Shown here piece after piece: positions 19,501-30,552 of a stretch of DNA of 64,000 nt (position 1 is its first letter; every line of letters begins with the position of its first letter). Source of the DNA: Candidatus Rariloculaceae bacterium. GTDB taxonomy: Bacteria > Pseudomonadota > Gammaproteobacteria > Steroidobacterales > Rariloculaceae. The stretch spans positions 1,291,843 to 1,355,842 of the forward strand of contig OZ253541.1 in the NCBI GenBank assembly GCA_965262365.1. The letters are read 5' to 3'. A model generated the notes under the pieces. That model worked only from the letters and a program-made list of their open reading frames with translations. It was not told the origin of the DNA and searched no databases. Position numbers and translations under genes: made by a program.

Positions 19501-20886
19501 TTACACCTGCAAGAGAAGCCGCGCAGGATCCTCCAAAAGGTCCTTGATGGCAACCAGAAACTGCACCGCTTCCCTGCCATCCACGATGCGGTGATCGTAA
19601 GTCAGCGCCAGGTACATCATCGGACGGATCTCGATCTCTCCGCCCACAACCACCGGACGCTGCTCGATCGAATGTATCCCGAGGATGCCGCTCTGGGGCG
19701 GATTGATGATGGGTGTGGACATCATCGAGCCGAAGATGCCGCCGTTGGTCAGGGTAAAGGTACCCCCGGTCAGATCGTCCATGCCGAGACCGCCGCTGCG
19801 CGCACGGGTGCCGAAATCCACAATGGATGTTTCTATGTCCGCATAGCTCATCTGTTCGGCATTGCGGAGGATGGGCACCACCAGCCCCCGCTCGGTGGAC
19901 ACCGCCACGCCGATGTCGAAGTACTCGTGGTAGATGATGTCGCTCCCGTCCACCGATGCGTTCAAAACGGGGAAACGCCGCAGCGCCTCGATGCACGCCT
20001 TGATGAAGAACGACATGAAACCCAGCTTTACCTCGTGCTCGCGCTGAAACAAATCGCCGTAGCGGGTCCGCGCGGCCAGGACGGTGCTCATGTCGACTTC
20101 GTTGAAGGTCGTGAGCATCGCCGCGGTATGCTGTGCTTCTACCAGCCTTTCGGCGATTTTTGCGCGCAGTCTGGTCATGCGGACGCGCTGTTCACCACGG
20201 TGGCCGGTGGGGGCGACTGGTGCGCTCTGAATGCTCTGCGTGCTGGGTATGCTCTCAGTTCTGGGTGTGCTCTCGGTGCTCCGTGTGCTCTCAGTGCTCG
20301 GTGTGCGCGGCGCGGTCCGTGCTACTGGCGCCCCTTGCGCCTGCGCCAGAGCGTCATTTTTCTGCCTGCCAGTGGTGGCGGAACCCCGGGCGATGTAGTC
20401 GAGCACATCGGATTTCGTGATTCTCCCGCCGCGGCCCGTGCCCCTGACCGCGTTGGAGTCAACCTGGTGTTCGCGCATCAACCGCCGAACTGCGGGGCCG
20501 GCCCGTTCCAGTGCTTCGTTATCGGCTGCCGTCGGGGTTGAATCCCGTACCGTGGCGACTTCTGGAACGGCTGTCGCCTCAACTTCCGGGGCCGCTGGGT
20601 CAAACGCTGCCACCTCGCCTTCCTGCTCCGCGGAAGCCCTGGATACTTCCCCTGGCTCCAACAGCGCCAACACCTCACCTGCCGTCACCGTAGCGCCGTC
20701 GGCCACACGGACTTCCCGCAGAATCCCGTCGCTCGGCGAAGGCACTTCCAGCACAACCTTGTCCGTTTCCAGTTCAACCAGCTTTTCATCCCTGCGCACC
20801 GAGTCGCCAGGCGAGTGGTGCCAGTTCACCAACGTGGCGTCGCTCACCGACTCCGGCAGTTGCGGAACCCTGATTTCGATCGTCAC
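19501..20886 (-). CDS. sucB: dihydrolipoyllysine-residue succinyltransferase (E2 of 2-oxoglutarate dehydrogenase)
   Basis: Lipoyl domain (ETDKVVLEV), a peripheral-subunit-binding domain, and a catalytic domain with DHRIVDG. GTGA overlap with sucA. Confidence 0.9.
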   Translation of the reverse strand: MTIEIRVPQLPESVSDATLVNWHHSPGDSVRRDEKLVELETDKVVLEVPSPSDGILREVRVADGATVTAGEVLALLEPGEVSRASAEQEGEVAAFDPAAPEVEATAVPEVATVRDSTPTAADNEALERAGPAVRRLMREHQVDSNAVRGTGRGGRITKSDVLDYIARGSATTGRQKNDALAQAQGAPVARTAPRTPSTESTRSTESTPRTESIPSTQSIQSAPVAPTGHRGEQRVRMTRLRAKIAERLVEAQHTAAMLTTFNEVDMSTVLAARTRYGDLFQREHEVKLGFMSFFIKACIEALRRFPVLNASVDGSDIIYHEYFDIGVAVSTERGLVVPILRNAEQMSYADIETSIVDFGTRARSGGLGMDDLTGGTFTLTNGGIFGSMMSTPIINPPQSGILGIHSIEQRPVVVGGEIEIRPMMYLALTYDHRIVDGREAVQFLVAIKDLLEDPARLLLQV

Positions 20887-23738
20887 GTCCCTACCTTCTC
20901 CACTACTTTCTTAGATTCAATCGATAACGCATTGGACAATAGCGTTTTTTGCTTTAGAGCATGAAGTCCGAAAATTCCCGATGCAGGCGCCGCAGCATCA
21001 GGTCGACCAGCGTACGACAGGTAGTGCTCTTCCGTCAGCGGGGCCTGCAGGCGATGACGAATCTGGTACCAGGCACCCTGGTTCTGGGGCTCCTCCTGGC
21101 ACCACACGATGTCCGAAACGTGCGCGTACCGCTCGATGGTTGCGGCGTACTCCTGGACGGGGAACGGATAGAGTTCTTCCAGCCGAATGATGGCCATGTC
21201 TTCGATGCCATGCTCGCTGCGCAGTTCCGCCAGATCGTAGAACACCCTGCCGCTGCAAAATATCAGCCGCCGAACGTCCTCCGGCGGTACGGTTTCGTCG
21301 CCAATCAGGGGGTTGAAGCTGCCTTCGGTTATTTCGGTCAACGATGACACCGAGGACCGATGGCGCAGCAGGCTCTTGGGTGTCATCACGATCAGCGGTT
21401 TGCGGGTCGGCCGCAGCGCCTGCCGGCACAGCATGTGAAACATCTGAGCGGGCGTCGACGGTACGCATACCTGCATATTGTGTTCCGCGCACAATTGCAG
21501 AAAACGCTCCAGGCGCGCGGACGAATGTTCCGGACCCTGGCCTTCGTAACCGTGCGGGAGGAACAGCGTCAGCCCGGACAGTCGCCCCCACTTGGATTCG
21601 CCGGAACTGATGAACTGGTCGATCACCACCTGGGCACCGTTGGCGAAGTCGCCGAATTGCGCCTCCCAGATCACCAGGCAATCGGGCGATGCGGTGCTGT
21701 AGCCGTATTCGAAGCCCAGCACAGCTTCTTCCGAGAGCAACGAGTCGCCCACCGTGAAGTCACCGGTGCGGTGCGTGACGTGTTCAAGCGGCACGAACAC
21801 GTCCCCGTCCGCCTGGTTGACGAAGGATGCATGTCGGTGAAAGAACGTCCCTCGCCGGCTGTCCTGTCCGATGAGCCGAACATTCAAGCCGGCGTCGACG
21901 ATGCTCCCGTACGCCAGGCTCTCGGCGAATCCCCAATCCAGATTCAAATCCCCCGCCGCCATCCTGACCCGATCCGAAACGATACGCTGGACTCGAGGAT
22001 GAAGCTTCCATCCCTTGGGCACCGTATTGATCAATGCGCCCAGGCGCCGCAATTCGCTCAACGAGATGCGCGTATCCACGGCGGCGCCCAGGGTGCCCCG
22101 AAAGCGTCCCCAGTCAATGGTGAATTCGTTGCCGATCATGCCCAGGCAGTCTTCATTCGGGCTGCGTCCTGCGTCCAGGCACGCCTGGTAGTCGTCCTCC
22201 ATCGACCGAGGTTCCGACTCACTCAAGTCGCCTCGCGTCAGCAGCTTGTTTCCATAGAGCGACCGTGTGGTGGGGTGCTTCCTGATCTTGTTGTACATCA
22301 CCGGCTGGGTGACGGCGGGTTCGTCGGCCTCGTTGTGCCCAAGGCGCCGATAGCAGACCAGATCGATCACCACGTCCTTGTGAAAGGCCTGACGGTAACG
22401 CAGCGCCAGCCGGATTGCGGCGACGGCGGCTTCCGGATCGTCTCCATTGACGTGGAAGACCGGCGCTTCGACCATTTTTGCCACGTCGGAGCAATAGGGC
22501 GTCGAGCGGGCATCGTGCAGGTCGTTGATGGTAAAGCCGATCTGGTTATTGACGACGATATGGATGGTTCCGCCGGTGTGGAAGTGCCTCGTCTGCGACA
22601 TCTGAAAGGTTTCCGCCACGACACCCTGACCGGCGAAGGCGGCATCGCCGTGAATCAGTACCGGGAGAACCTGGTTACCCTGAATATCGCCGCGCCGATC
22701 CTGGCGCGCCCGAACGGATCCCTCCACGACGGAATCGACGATTTCCAGGTGGGACGGATTGAAGGCGAGCACCACGTGGACGTTGTTGCCGAGTGTGCGC
22801 ACATCGGCGGAAAAACCCATGTGGTATTTTACGTCACCGGAGCCTCGGATATTGCTGAGATCGCGGTCGACGGCAAACTCCGAGAACAGTTCCTGGGGCG
22901 CCTTGCCGAGAACATTGACCAGGACATTGAGCCGTCCTCGGTGCGGCATCCCGATCACGACCTCCTGGACCCCCCTTTCCCCGGCCGTTCGGATCAGGTC
23001 GTCAAGGATTGGAATCAGCGTTTCACCGCCTTCCAGCGAGAACCGCTTCTGCCCCACAAACTTGGTGTTGAGGTAGCGTTCGAGTCCTGCCGCGCGGTTC
23101 AGGCTGGCGTACACCCGACGACGTTCATCGCGGCTCAGGCCGCTGCCGGCCCGGTCCTCTTCAAATCGCTGGCGCAGCCAGAGTCTTTCCCGGGCTCGGG
23201 AAATGTGGGCGAATTCCATGGCAATCCGGCCGCAATAGACCCGCTTCAGCACGCCCAGGATATCCCGGAGCTTCATGCGCTCGTTGCCGGTCCCGGCGAG
23301 CCCGCCGGTAAAGTATTCGGCGTCCAGATCAGTTTCTTCGATGCCGAGAAAATCCAGTTTCAGGACAGCGGGCGTGGACCGCTGCCACAGTCCCAGGGGA
23401 TCCAGATCCGCGATCTGGTGTCCCCGCAGACTGTAGACCTGTATGAGCCGTGACACCGCGGCCTGCTTTTCGCTGGCCTGCTCGGTGGGCGGACTCCCCT
23501 CCCAGCCGATCCCGGCAGCGACGGCGAGCGACTGCTGTGGCCTCTCGCGCACAGCGCGGATGATCGGGCGGTGTGGCACATCGCGCTGCGTGTCGCCGAA
23601 CCCGTTGAAATAACGCCGCCATTCCGCCGAAACGCTGCCCGGGTCATGCAGAAAGGATTCGTAAAGCGCTTCTACGTAGGGCGCATTGGACCCGTGGATG
23701 GGCGATGATTCGTATTGTCGTTCAAGAACGGCGCTCAT
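20883..23738 (-). CDS. sucA: 2-oxoglutarate dehydrogenase E1 component
   Basis: 951 aa. N-terminal [19 protein letters not shown], a ThDP-binding region, and typical length and gene order for sucA-sucB-lpd. Confidence 0.9.
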   Translation of the reverse strand: MSAVLERQYESSPIHGSNAPYVEALYESFLHDPGSVSAEWRRYFNGFGDTQRDVPHRPIIRAVRERPQQSLAVAAGIGWEGSPPTEQASEKQAAVSRLIQVYSLRGHQIADLDPLGLWQRSTPAVLKLDFLGIEETDLDAEYFTGGLAGTGNERMKLRDILGVLKRVYCGRIAMEFAHISRARERLWLRQRFEEDRAGSGLSRDERRRVYASLNRAAGLERYLNTKFVGQKRFSLEGGETLIPILDDLIRTAGERGVQEVVIGMPHRGRLNVLVNVLGKAPQELFSEFAVDRDLSNIRGSGDVKYHMGFSADVRTLGNNVHVVLAFNPSHLEIVDSVVEGSVRARQDRRGDIQGNQVLPVLIHGDAAFAGQGVVAETFQMSQTRHFHTGGTIHIVVNNQIGFTINDLHDARSTPYCSDVAKMVEAPVFHVNGDDPEAAVAAIRLALRYRQAFHKDVVIDLVCYRRLGHNEADEPAVTQPVMYNKIRKHPTTRSLYGNKLLTRGDLSESEPRSMEDDYQACLDAGRSPNEDCLGMIGNEFTIDWGRFRGTLGAAVDTRISLSELRRLGALINTVPKGWKLHPRVQRIVSDRVRMAAGDLNLDWGFAESLAYGSIVDAGLNVRLIGQDSRRGTFFHRHASFVNQADGDVFVPLEHVTHRTGDFTVGDSLLSEEAVLGFEYGYSTASPDCLVIWEAQFGDFANGAQVVIDQFISSGESKWGRLSGLTLFLPHGYEGQGPEHSSARLERFLQLCAEHNMQVCVPSTPAQMFHMLCRQALRPTRKPLIVMTPKSLLRHRSSVSSLTEITEGSFNPLIGDETVPPEDVRRLIFCSGRVFYDLAELRSEHGIEDMAIIRLEELYPFPVQEYAATIERYAHVSDIVWCQEEPQNQGAWYQIRHRLQAPLTEEHYLSYAGRPDAAAPASGIFGLHALKQKTLLSNALSIESKKVVEKVGT

Positions 23739-23798
23739 GTTGATCGCTTTTCAGGGTGGCTGGCGTAGTGTAGCTAAAACGCCGTCCTAAAATGCGGT

Positions 23799-24368
23799 CT
23801 ATTGTGTCGCTGCGGGCTGGTTCTCGGCCGTTTCGCGCAGCAGGTAGGCCAGCAGGTCGGTACGATCGGAAAGGGAGTAAATGCCGGCGAAGACCATCAG
23901 GTTGCCGGGCACGAAATCGTCGGGCCTGGCAAGCCACTCATCCAGTTCCGCCGGAGTCCAGACGATTCCCGCCTCCTGTAGCGCATCGGAATATTGGAAA
24001 TCGGGGGCACTCGCGGCCGGCCGGCCGAATATCCCGTAAAGGTTGGGACCAATCATGTGCGCCTCCCCCGGGCCCATCGTGTGGCACACGATGCAGGCGT
24101 AACTCAACAGTTCGCCACGCTCAAAGTCCGCATCGGCAAACCGCGCCTCAGTCAGGTAGCTGGCCCCGATCGAACTCGATGCGTTGGTCTCCGAGCCCTC
24201 CCCGGGGAGTAAGTCGGGTTCACCGAGTGCGGAGCCACGTGTACTGCCCGCGCCCTCCCCTGGCGCATCGCAGGCGGCGATCATAAACACCATGACGAGC
24301 GCCGACAGAAGTTCAGCGTGTGGTCTCGCACCTCGCCCAAGGGACCATTTCCGGACGTGGCTTGCCAT
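23799..24368 (-). CDS. monohaem c-type cytochrome (cytochrome c2-like), probable lipoprotein
   Basis: CIVCH haem motif, GPNLYGIFGR, and a distal Met region (NLMVFAGI). Lipobox-like MIAAC. Start placed at ATG 24368; the tracked ORF starts at TTG 24404. Confidence 0.75.
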   Translation of the reverse strand: MASHVRKWSLGRGARPHAELLSALVMVFMIAACDAPGEGAGSTRGSALGEPDLLPGEGSETNASSSIGASYLTEARFADADFERGELLSYACIVCHTMGPGEAHMIGPNLYGIFGRPAASAPDFQYSDALQEAGIVWTPAELDEWLARPDDFVPGNLMVFAGIYSLSDRTDLLAYLLRETAENQPAATQ

Positions 24369-24413
24369 GTATCCCGGCGTCATGGGGCGCAAAGCATAGT
24401 CCAAGCGACCCGC

Positions 24414-25406
24414 TCAGAAGGTCCAGCCGAGATTGATATGGATGCCGAAGTCGGGCGCTGACTTGACGATCAGATCCTCGCTGAATGCAAACGTCAGGGT
24501 TCGACCGGAATCCGATTTCCACCAGCCCCCAACGCTGGCCTGGACAGCGCTTGACCCCAGCTCGTCCAGTGCACTGGAAAAGTAGTTTGAATGGGCATCG
24601 AGCTGCGCCTTGAACCCGACCCGCCTCAGCGGCTGCCAACCGGCACCGAACACGCCGAATGCGACCCAATTCCGGCTGCGCAGGGAAAACACGTCCGATT
24701 CGCCGAGCCGTACCGCGCCAACCCCCCAGTAGATGCCCGCCGGTGCGCCGCCGATCATTCGGGGTTGGCGGCTGAGAATGCTGAAAGCCAGGTCCGTTGC
24801 GCCGCTCCCCGTCAGTGTGCCGCGGTCTCCGGTAGGTGCCTTCAAGGTCGCCTTGAGCGTGGTGCCTCCTTCAGCTCCGAATGTTCGCGACAGACCGAAC
24901 TGCACATCGCCAATGCCATGACTGGCCTCATCGAACAAGTAGCGGCGCTGTCCGCCCGTCTTGTACAGATATAGCAGTTCGTCTTCGCCCCGACGGTTGC
25001 GGTTCCCATCCGGCAGGTTGGTCAACCCGTGCCAGGCGTCGACAGCGTCATCCAGGAATCCGCCCGAGTGTCGATACCACGGTACGTCTACGCTCACAGT
25101 CCAAAGTTCGCCGATACGGCGCCGATAGAGCAGGTTCAGTCGCCAGGTCTCCCCGTCGATGAGCAGTTCCTCGTGACCATTCCCCGCAAGCACGTAGTGG
25201 TTTCCAACCGCTGTGGTAACTCCAAACTCGTTGTGTGCGTCACTAATGCGCCCATCCCAAGTCGGCACCGCGAAAACCGCCACCTGAGGGCTCAAATTGG
25301 GGATGTCGAAGGGCGAGACTTCTTCAGCGCCCGTCACGCTGCCATGAGGCAACCATCCCAGGCCGCCGATTGCCGCCACCGCAGCCGCCGCAACATTCAT
25401 CCGCAT
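24414..25406 (-). CDS. predicted outer-membrane beta-barrel protein (possibly DUF3187 family)
   Basis: Signal peptide from ATG 25406 (MRMNVAAAAVAAIGGLGW), alternating amphipathic beta-strand pattern, and a C-terminal aromatic residue (...NLGWTF). The family assignment is from memory only. Confidence 0.6.
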   Translation of the reverse strand: MRMNVAAAAVAAIGGLGWLPHGSVTGAEEVSPFDIPNLSPQVAVFAVPTWDGRISDAHNEFGVTTAVGNHYVLAGNGHEELLIDGETWRLNLLYRRRIGELWTVSVDVPWYRHSGGFLDDAVDAWHGLTNLPDGNRNRRGEDELLYLYKTGGQRRYLFDEASHGIGDVQFGLSRTFGAEGGTTLKATLKAPTGDRGTLTGSGATDLAFSILSRQPRMIGGAPAGIYWGVGAVRLGESDVFSLRSRNWVAFGVFGAGWQPLRRVGFKAQLDAHSNYFSSALDELGSSAVQASVGGWWKSDSGRTLTFAFSEDLIVKSAPDFGIHINLGWTF

Positions 25407-25411
25407 CGGTT

Positions 25412-25804
25412 TCAGGCCCCGGTGTGCCGTTGTTTGGCCGGCATCAACGAGTGCAACGTACCATCCGGGCCAATATACAGCGTGGTCGCCGAGGTCAGCC
25501 CGGCCAGGGCGAGCCAACCGATGACCGCGGCGAAGGCGTTTCCTATCGCAACACCCTCGAACGAAACCGCCAATATGCCCAGCACAACCGCATTAATTGC
25601 GAGCGACAGGCCCGCGACTGTCCCCAACCGCAGCGGCAACAGGTAGAAGACAATCACCGTACGCGCCAGGCCGTTGCTCAGCCCCACGGCCAGCGCGCCG
25701 ATCAACCAGGCGCCTCCTCCCTGGATGCTGATGCCCGGTACGGAGATGACGACCAACCACAGCGAAAAAACGCTGCACATGGCTCTGATGACGTATCCCT
25801 TCAT
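25412..25804 (-). CDS. phage-holin-4_2 / DUF360 family membrane protein
   Basis: About 130 aa with four TM helices. LLPLRLGTVAGLSLAINAVVLGILAV resembles the PF04020 core. Start placed at ATG 25804. Confidence 0.7.
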   Translation of the reverse strand: MKGYVIRAMCSVFSLWLVVISVPGISIQGGGAWLIGALAVGLSNGLARTVIVFYLLPLRLGTVAGLSLAINAVVLGILAVSFEGVAIGNAFAAVIGWLALAGLTSATTLYIGPDGTLHSLMPAKQRHTGA

Positions 25805-25870
25805 GCCCTCTCTTGCTCGTGACCGTTGGTTCAAATGGTACCGTACGGCACATGCAAACTTTATGAACGA

Positions 25871-26437
25871 ATGAAGGCCGCTTCAACAAGAATGATCCGC
25901 AGCGACGCAGTCTTTTCCGACTGCGGACGCTACCGCTATTCGCTCGTAAGGATATGGGACCTTGAGAGGCCGATCCTGCCCTGGGTGCTATTGAACGGTT
26001 CCTCCGCAGGTTCGGTGCGCAATGATCCTACGGTGACCCGAGTAATCGGCTTCACCCGGCGGTGGGAGTTTGGCGGACTCCGGCTCGTCAACGCGTACGC
26101 CGGCGTTGCCACGAAACCCCGCGACCTGTTCGCGATGGACGATAGCGTCGGCCCCCGAAATCGACACTACGTCCGGAAGGCGATTTGCGACGCCCATCGG
26201 CACGCCCGAAGCCTGACGGACGCACCGGAGTTGACGGTCATCGTGGCCTGGGGAAACCACGGCGCACGCGGCGATCACGACCGGCGGGTGCTGGACTGGA
26301 TATTGCGAACCGGCGCGCCGGTAAGGCTCCAGTGCCTCGGCTTGACCAGGCTGGGATGCCCCCTGCATCCGCTTTATCGCGCTGCAGAAACCCCGCGCGT
26401 CGACTACGTCGGCAGACAACTATCTCCGAAGAGTTGA
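25871..26437 (+). CDS. DUF1643 domain protein
   Basis: AVFSDCGRYRYSLVRIW...LLNGSSAG...NDPTVTRVIGF...VNAYA...WGNHG...GCPLHPLY follows the DUF1643 pattern. Alternative start at 25892. Confidence 0.7.
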   Translation: MKAASTRMIRSDAVFSDCGRYRYSLVRIWDLERPILPWVLLNGSSAGSVRNDPTVTRVIGFTRRWEFGGLRLVNAYAGVATKPRDLFAMDDSVGPRNRHYVRKAICDAHRHARSLTDAPELTVIVAWGNHGARGDHDRRVLDWILRTGAPVRLQCLGLTRLGCPLHPLYRAAETPRVDYVGRQLSPKS

Positions 26438-26509
26438 AGGCACTGGATCTTTCGCACTGGTAATGTCTCACGGAGCCTGTAACATTGCGCTTTCTCGCTC
26501 GTGAGTGAC

Positions 26510-27901
26510 ATGCATTTCAAGACACTTACAGACTTGAGTTTCCGGCTCGCACCCGACGCGGCGCGCTGCCGGCGGTGGCTGCGCCCCGCGCTGCTCGCGC
26601 TGGTGTGCGTGGCCCTGTCGGCCTGCGAATCGGAAGGCGGCCGGGTACGCCCGCCCAGCACCGAGGTCAACGTCATTCATGTCGCCGGAAGCTTCGGCAG
26701 CCTTGAGTTCCGGCGGGTTGAGCGACTGGAGGGCACGCTCAACTATCGCTCTTCGTCAGTATTCACCTGGGATAGCGGCCCCTATACGTTCAATATCGAC
26801 AGCACGCTCCCCGGTCTCGATACGCCGATACGACTGTACTCGTTTGACGCGGACCTGACGGCGGGCAACAACTACAGCATCGTGCTCACCGAAGCCTTTG
26901 GCTGGCTCCACGAGTTGATCATCGAGGCACCCGAGAGCGAGCTTTCCGAGACCGAGGCGGAAATCATCATCGTCAATACGGCGGGTGGTCTTCAGGGTGC
27001 CGTGGACGTCTATATCGAGCCACCAGGCACGGTATTGGCGGCCGCAACGCCCAGAGGCGCCGTGGATTTTCTCGAATCGCTTCCGGTAGCGTCCATCGCA
27101 CCCGGCGAGTACGAGTTAAGCGTCACCCAGGTCGGAAACCCCACCAGCGTGGTCATGGCTTCCGATGCATTTGAAATTGCGGCAAACGTACGCACGACGA
27201 TTTCCATCATCAACGGGTTGACTGCGGCGTCACCAGTGGCCGCGCTGGCGAGCGGTGCCGGTATCGGTACCCCCCTCTCGGACAGGGAATTGCGCGCCGG
27301 ACTGCGCGTACTCAACGCCATGACCAGCGGCGACCCGATTGACGTCACGGTCGACAACAGTTTTTCGCCGCCGCTGATTCCAGGCGCGATGTTCGCTGAG
27401 CCCACCGACTACGCTCTGGTGGTCCCCGGGAACCACACGCTGCAAGTCACGCCGGCCGGCAACTCGGGCGTTATTGAAGTAGAAAATTCTTTCCTTGCTT
27501 TTCCGGGGCAACGCGGAACCTGGTTCGTTCGTGGCGACCCCGGTGCCTTGACGGCGACATATTCACCGGATAGTCAGCGGCTTATTCGCGACATCGCAGA
27601 GGTCGCGATCTACTATGGCGGGACAACGGTCAGCGGCGTTGACGTCTTCATCGCCGCGCCGGATACGGACCTGAACACGGTAGCGCCCACTGCTTCGCTG
27701 ACCGAAACCTCGGCGGTCACCCGTCTGCTCATGGGTTTGGGTGGCTATACGATCACGGTGCGCGAATCCGGGAGCGAAAATGTTCTGGCCGGCCCAATGG
27801 CTGCCGGCATTGGTTTCGCGGGCAATTACGGGATTCTGGTCACCAACGGCGCGTCGGGTTCAGGTGTCGATATCACCCTGTTCGACGAGTTCAGCAACTA
27901 G
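26510..27901 (+). CDS. lipoprotein with repeated DUF4397-like domains
   Basis: Lipobox LSAC. Recurrent strands such as VNVIHVAGSFG, IIIVNTAGGLQGAVDVYI and LRVLNAMTSGDPIDVTVDN resemble DUF4397 repeats. A GTG alternative start lies at 26501. Confidence 0.7.
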   Translation: MHFKTLTDLSFRLAPDAARCRRWLRPALLALVCVALSACESEGGRVRPPSTEVNVIHVAGSFGSLEFRRVERLEGTLNYRSSSVFTWDSGPYTFNIDSTLPGLDTPIRLYSFDADLTAGNNYSIVLTEAFGWLHELIIEAPESELSETEAEIIIVNTAGGLQGAVDVYIEPPGTVLAAATPRGAVDFLESLPVASIAPGEYELSVTQVGNPTSVVMASDAFEIAANVRTTISIINGLTAASPVAALASGAGIGTPLSDRELRAGLRVLNAMTSGDPIDVTVDNSFSPPLIPGAMFAEPTDYALVVPGNHTLQVTPAGNSGVIEVENSFLAFPGQRGTWFVRGDPGALTATYSPDSQRLIRDIAEVAIYYGGTTVSGVDVFIAAPDTDLNTVAPTASLTETSAVTRLLMGLGGYTITVRESGSENVLAGPMAAGIGFAGNYGILVTNGASGSGVDITLFDEFSN

Positions 27902-27972
27902 CGGCCCCCTGCCAATACCCCGCTGCATACGACCGTCGGTGCGCGCGTGACTTTAGCCGCGGTCTGTCAGGC

Positions 27973-28731
27973 TTACTCGGGCGGTCCCACGGCCGCGCGC
28001 CGGTTCAGCGCTTGTGGCCGCTCCACTTCGTCTACGACGGCCACGGCGAAATCCGCCATCGTGATGGTCCTGTCCCCCGCGGCGTCGTAAAGCACATCCT
28101 CGCCTCCCAGCCGGTAGGCGCCAGTACGCTCGCCGGGGGTTCCGGGGTTCATCGCACCTGGTGGCGGCGTGAGTACCGCCCACTGCACACCATCGGCCGC
28201 ACCATAAGTCTCGATGGCGCGCCAATGACCGAAGGCGTTGTCATGCCGTGGCGTGCCAGGCTCGATCTCCGGGTTGTCGAAGCCGTACGTGCCGTTGACC
28301 CTTAGCGTCGTGCCGCCGCCCACCTGGATAACCCGGGGCGTTTCCTCACCAAGCACCTCGGCAGCCTCGACAAATGTCTCGGCAGCAAGGCTGGTGATGG
28401 CTTCTTCGGGCGTGTTGCCCGGACCAATTCCACTTACCGTGATGACAATGGCGTCAACGCCGGCGATGATCTCCAGCATCGACTCCAGGCTGGTCACGTC
28501 GCCCTGAACGGCGCTGAAGTTCGGCGCCTCGAACTCCAGCGAACCCGGATTGCGCGAAACACCGATCACGTCGTGCCCGCGCTGCAGGGCCTCGTCGACG
28601 ATGACTCCGCCCACACGTCCGCTTGCGCCGTAGACGACGATCGTTTCGGCGCCGGCCACGGTGGCGGTCAAGCCGACAACGGCGCAGAGTATCTTCGTCC
28701 AGCCGACGATTCTGGCGTGTGCTGCATTCAT
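27973..28731 (-). CDS. NAD(P)H-binding (NmrA/atypical SDR-like) protein with signal-like N-terminus
   Basis: IVVYGASGRVGGVIVDEALQRGHDVIGVSRNP Rossmann motif. Start placed at ATG 28731. Confidence 0.8.
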   Translation of the reverse strand: MNAAHARIVGWTKILCAVVGLTATVAGAETIVVYGASGRVGGVIVDEALQRGHDVIGVSRNPGSLEFEAPNFSAVQGDVTSLESMLEIIAGVDAIVITVSGIGPGNTPEEAITSLAAETFVEAAEVLGEETPRVIQVGGGTTLRVNGTYGFDNPEIEPGTPRHDNAFGHWRAIETYGAADGVQWAVLTPPPGAMNPGTPGERTGAYRLGGEDVLYDAAGDRTITMADFAVAVVDEVERPQALNRRAAVGPPE

Positions 28732-28864
28732 TGTTTTCTCCCTGATCTTGTCGCGATAGCTCAATTGAGCAATAGATTATGCCAGCGAATGACAACGTCC
28801 GGAGCCACTCGAGCGCGTATGAACATTTCGACCGAACGGTGCTGATCTCCGCTTTCGCGGCACA

Positions 28865-29302
28865 TTATTTGAAATCACGCGGTCTGACCCAAAACCAGCT
28901 TCCAACGACGACAGCGCAAAACAGCGTATAGCAAGCCGCAAAGACCCACGGTGGCGCCTGGTAGTACAAGATCGCCTCCAACCAATGCGCGACGAACGAA
29001 CCGGGATATACCGTATCGCCGGCGCGGGAGCGGAGCATCATCTCGAATGTTGTGAGTGGGCAGATCACGCCCAACCAGGACTGCATGACTACCACAAGAA
29101 TGGCCAGCAGATGTGCCGCCCGAAACCAGGGATTCCGGACCCACGACCATCGAAGCGCCTTGCCGGCGAAGACAAGCACCAGTCCCAACAGGACGAAAGC
29201 GACGAAAAGCGCGTGCAGCAGCAAGACTGCATCGGCAGCCAATCGAAATAGCAACGATGACGGCGCCACCGGCTTCGCTATAAAGCGGCTCCACGAAGCC
29301 AC
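28865..29302 (-). CDS. DUF2784 family membrane protein
   Basis: Four TM helices with ...WFRAAHLLAILVVVMQSWLGVICPLTTFE..., the DUF2784 pattern. Confidence 0.75.
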   Translation of the reverse strand: MASWSRFIAKPVAPSSLLFRLAADAVLLLHALFVAFVLLGLVLVFAGKALRWSWVRNPWFRAAHLLAILVVVMQSWLGVICPLTTFEMMLRSRAGDTVYPGSFVAHWLEAILYYQAPPWVFAACYTLFCAVVVGSWFWVRPRDFK

Positions 29303-29317
29303 TTACCTCTGTTGGCC

Positions 29318-30385
29318 ATGACGCGTACTATAGCCGTCGCGAGAAACGGCAGTGAAGCGAGGAGCCCACCTCTGACGATCGACCTGAGAAGCGATACGGT
29401 CACGCAGCCGACCGATGCCATGCGGGCAGCCATGGCCGGCGCCGATGTCGGAGACGATGTCTACAGAGAGGACCCAACGGTCAATCGGCTGGAGGAAATC
29501 GCGGCCGAAGTCCTGGGATCGGAGAGCGCGATCTTCTGTACCAGCGGTACCCAGAGCAACCTGCTGGCGCTGCTCGGGCACTGCGCGCGAGGCGACGAGT
29601 ACATCGTCGGTCAGCGCGCCCATAGCTATAAGTACGAGGGCGGCGGTGCAGCATCGTTGGGGTCCATCCACCCCCACCCGCTGGAATTTGAGCCGGACGG
29701 TACTCTGGATCTCGAAGAAGTCGCCGCTGCGGTAAAGCCCGACGACGTGCACTTTGCTCGAACGAAACTGGTCTGCCTTGAAAACACGCAGGATGGCCAC
29801 GTACTGCCACTCGACTACCTGCAGGCAGCTCGCCGGCTCACGGACGATCACGAACTCCGAATGCATCTGGACGGGGCGCGCATTTTCAATGCGGCGGTCA
29901 AGCTCGAGGTTCCGGTACGCGATATCTGCAAGCACTTTGATTCGACCGCGTTTTGCCTGTCCAAAGGCCTCGGCGCGCCCGTGGGTTCGCTGCTCTGCGG
30001 TAGCGACGACCTGATACGCGAAGCGCGGCGGTGGCGAAAGACGCTGGGCGGCGGCATGCGCCAGGCCGGCGTAATCGCGGCCGCCGGACTCTACGCTCTG
30101 GAGAATAACGTCGACAGGCTGGTGGAGGATCACCAAAACGCGACGGAGTTGGCCCGGCGCCTGAGCGAAATCGACGAAATCACCGTCGGCCACGACGATA
30201 CTCAGACCAATATGGTCTTCGTCGACCTGGGCGAGATCAACTCAGGTGGGCTGACACAATTTCTACGGGACCAGGGAATACTGATTCACGGAGGCGGCAG
30301 GATTCGCCTCGTGACTCACCTGGACATCAGCGCGAGCGATATTGATCGGGTCGTGGCGGCCCTGAAGGCCTACATAAGCCGCTGA
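29318..30385 (+). CDS. ltaE: low-specificity L-threonine aldolase
   Basis: DLRSDTVTQPTDAMRAAM...GDDVYREDPTVNRLEE...FCTSGTQSNLLAL and the PLP lysine context FCLSKGLGAPVGS. A TTG alternative start lies at 29312. Confidence 0.85.
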   Translation: MTRTIAVARNGSEARSPPLTIDLRSDTVTQPTDAMRAAMAGADVGDDVYREDPTVNRLEEIAAEVLGSESAIFCTSGTQSNLLALLGHCARGDEYIVGQRAHSYKYEGGGAASLGSIHPHPLEFEPDGTLDLEEVAAAVKPDDVHFARTKLVCLENTQDGHVLPLDYLQAARRLTDDHELRMHLDGARIFNAAVKLEVPVRDICKHFDSTAFCLSKGLGAPVGSLLCGSDDLIREARRWRKTLGGGMRQAGVIAAAGLYALENNVDRLVEDHQNATELARRLSEIDEITVGHDDTQTNMVFVDLGEINSGGLTQFLRDQGILIHGGGRIRLVTHLDISASDIDRVVAALKAYISR

Positions 30386-30491
30386 GTCGGGCTGTCGGTA
30401 CGCAAGATTTGTTTTCCCATGCCCCGTCGCCGGCGGGTCGGCCATGTTTGGCGATATGGCTTTCATTTGCGAGATAGGCGAAGAAAACCAG

Positions 30492-30531
30492 TTGACCTTG
30501 AGTCACAATCACGCACACAATCGCGTATACA
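30492..30531 (+). promoter_or_regulatory. putative promoter/operator of the toxin-antitoxin operon
   Basis: TTGACC at 30492-30497. A direct repeat CACAATC(A/G)CG occurs at 30504-30513 and 30516-30525, just upstream of the GGAG RBS and ATG 30553. Confidence 0.3.
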
Positions 30532-30552
30532 CATGATGACCGGAGTTTTGAC

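Noticed and set aside
19496-19996. N-terminal 167-aa extension of the lpdA ORF (tracked as 18065..19996, 643 aa)
   Set aside because: The extension overlaps the 3' part of sucB in another frame and has no similarity to E3 proteins. A canonical start, MTEQSYDVAVIGGGPAG, lies 5 nt after the sucB stop.
21360-23453. 697-aa plus-strand ORF opposite sucA (also 20417..20914, 20961..21347)
   Set aside because: It is an antisense shadow of a well-supported core gene and has no recognisable motifs.
30386-30552. Search for a direct repeat of the tRNA-Arg 3' end that would delimit an integrated island
   Set aside because: The only match is a 6-nt stretch (gccccg), and no integrase gene is present. This is insufficient to call an integrative element.
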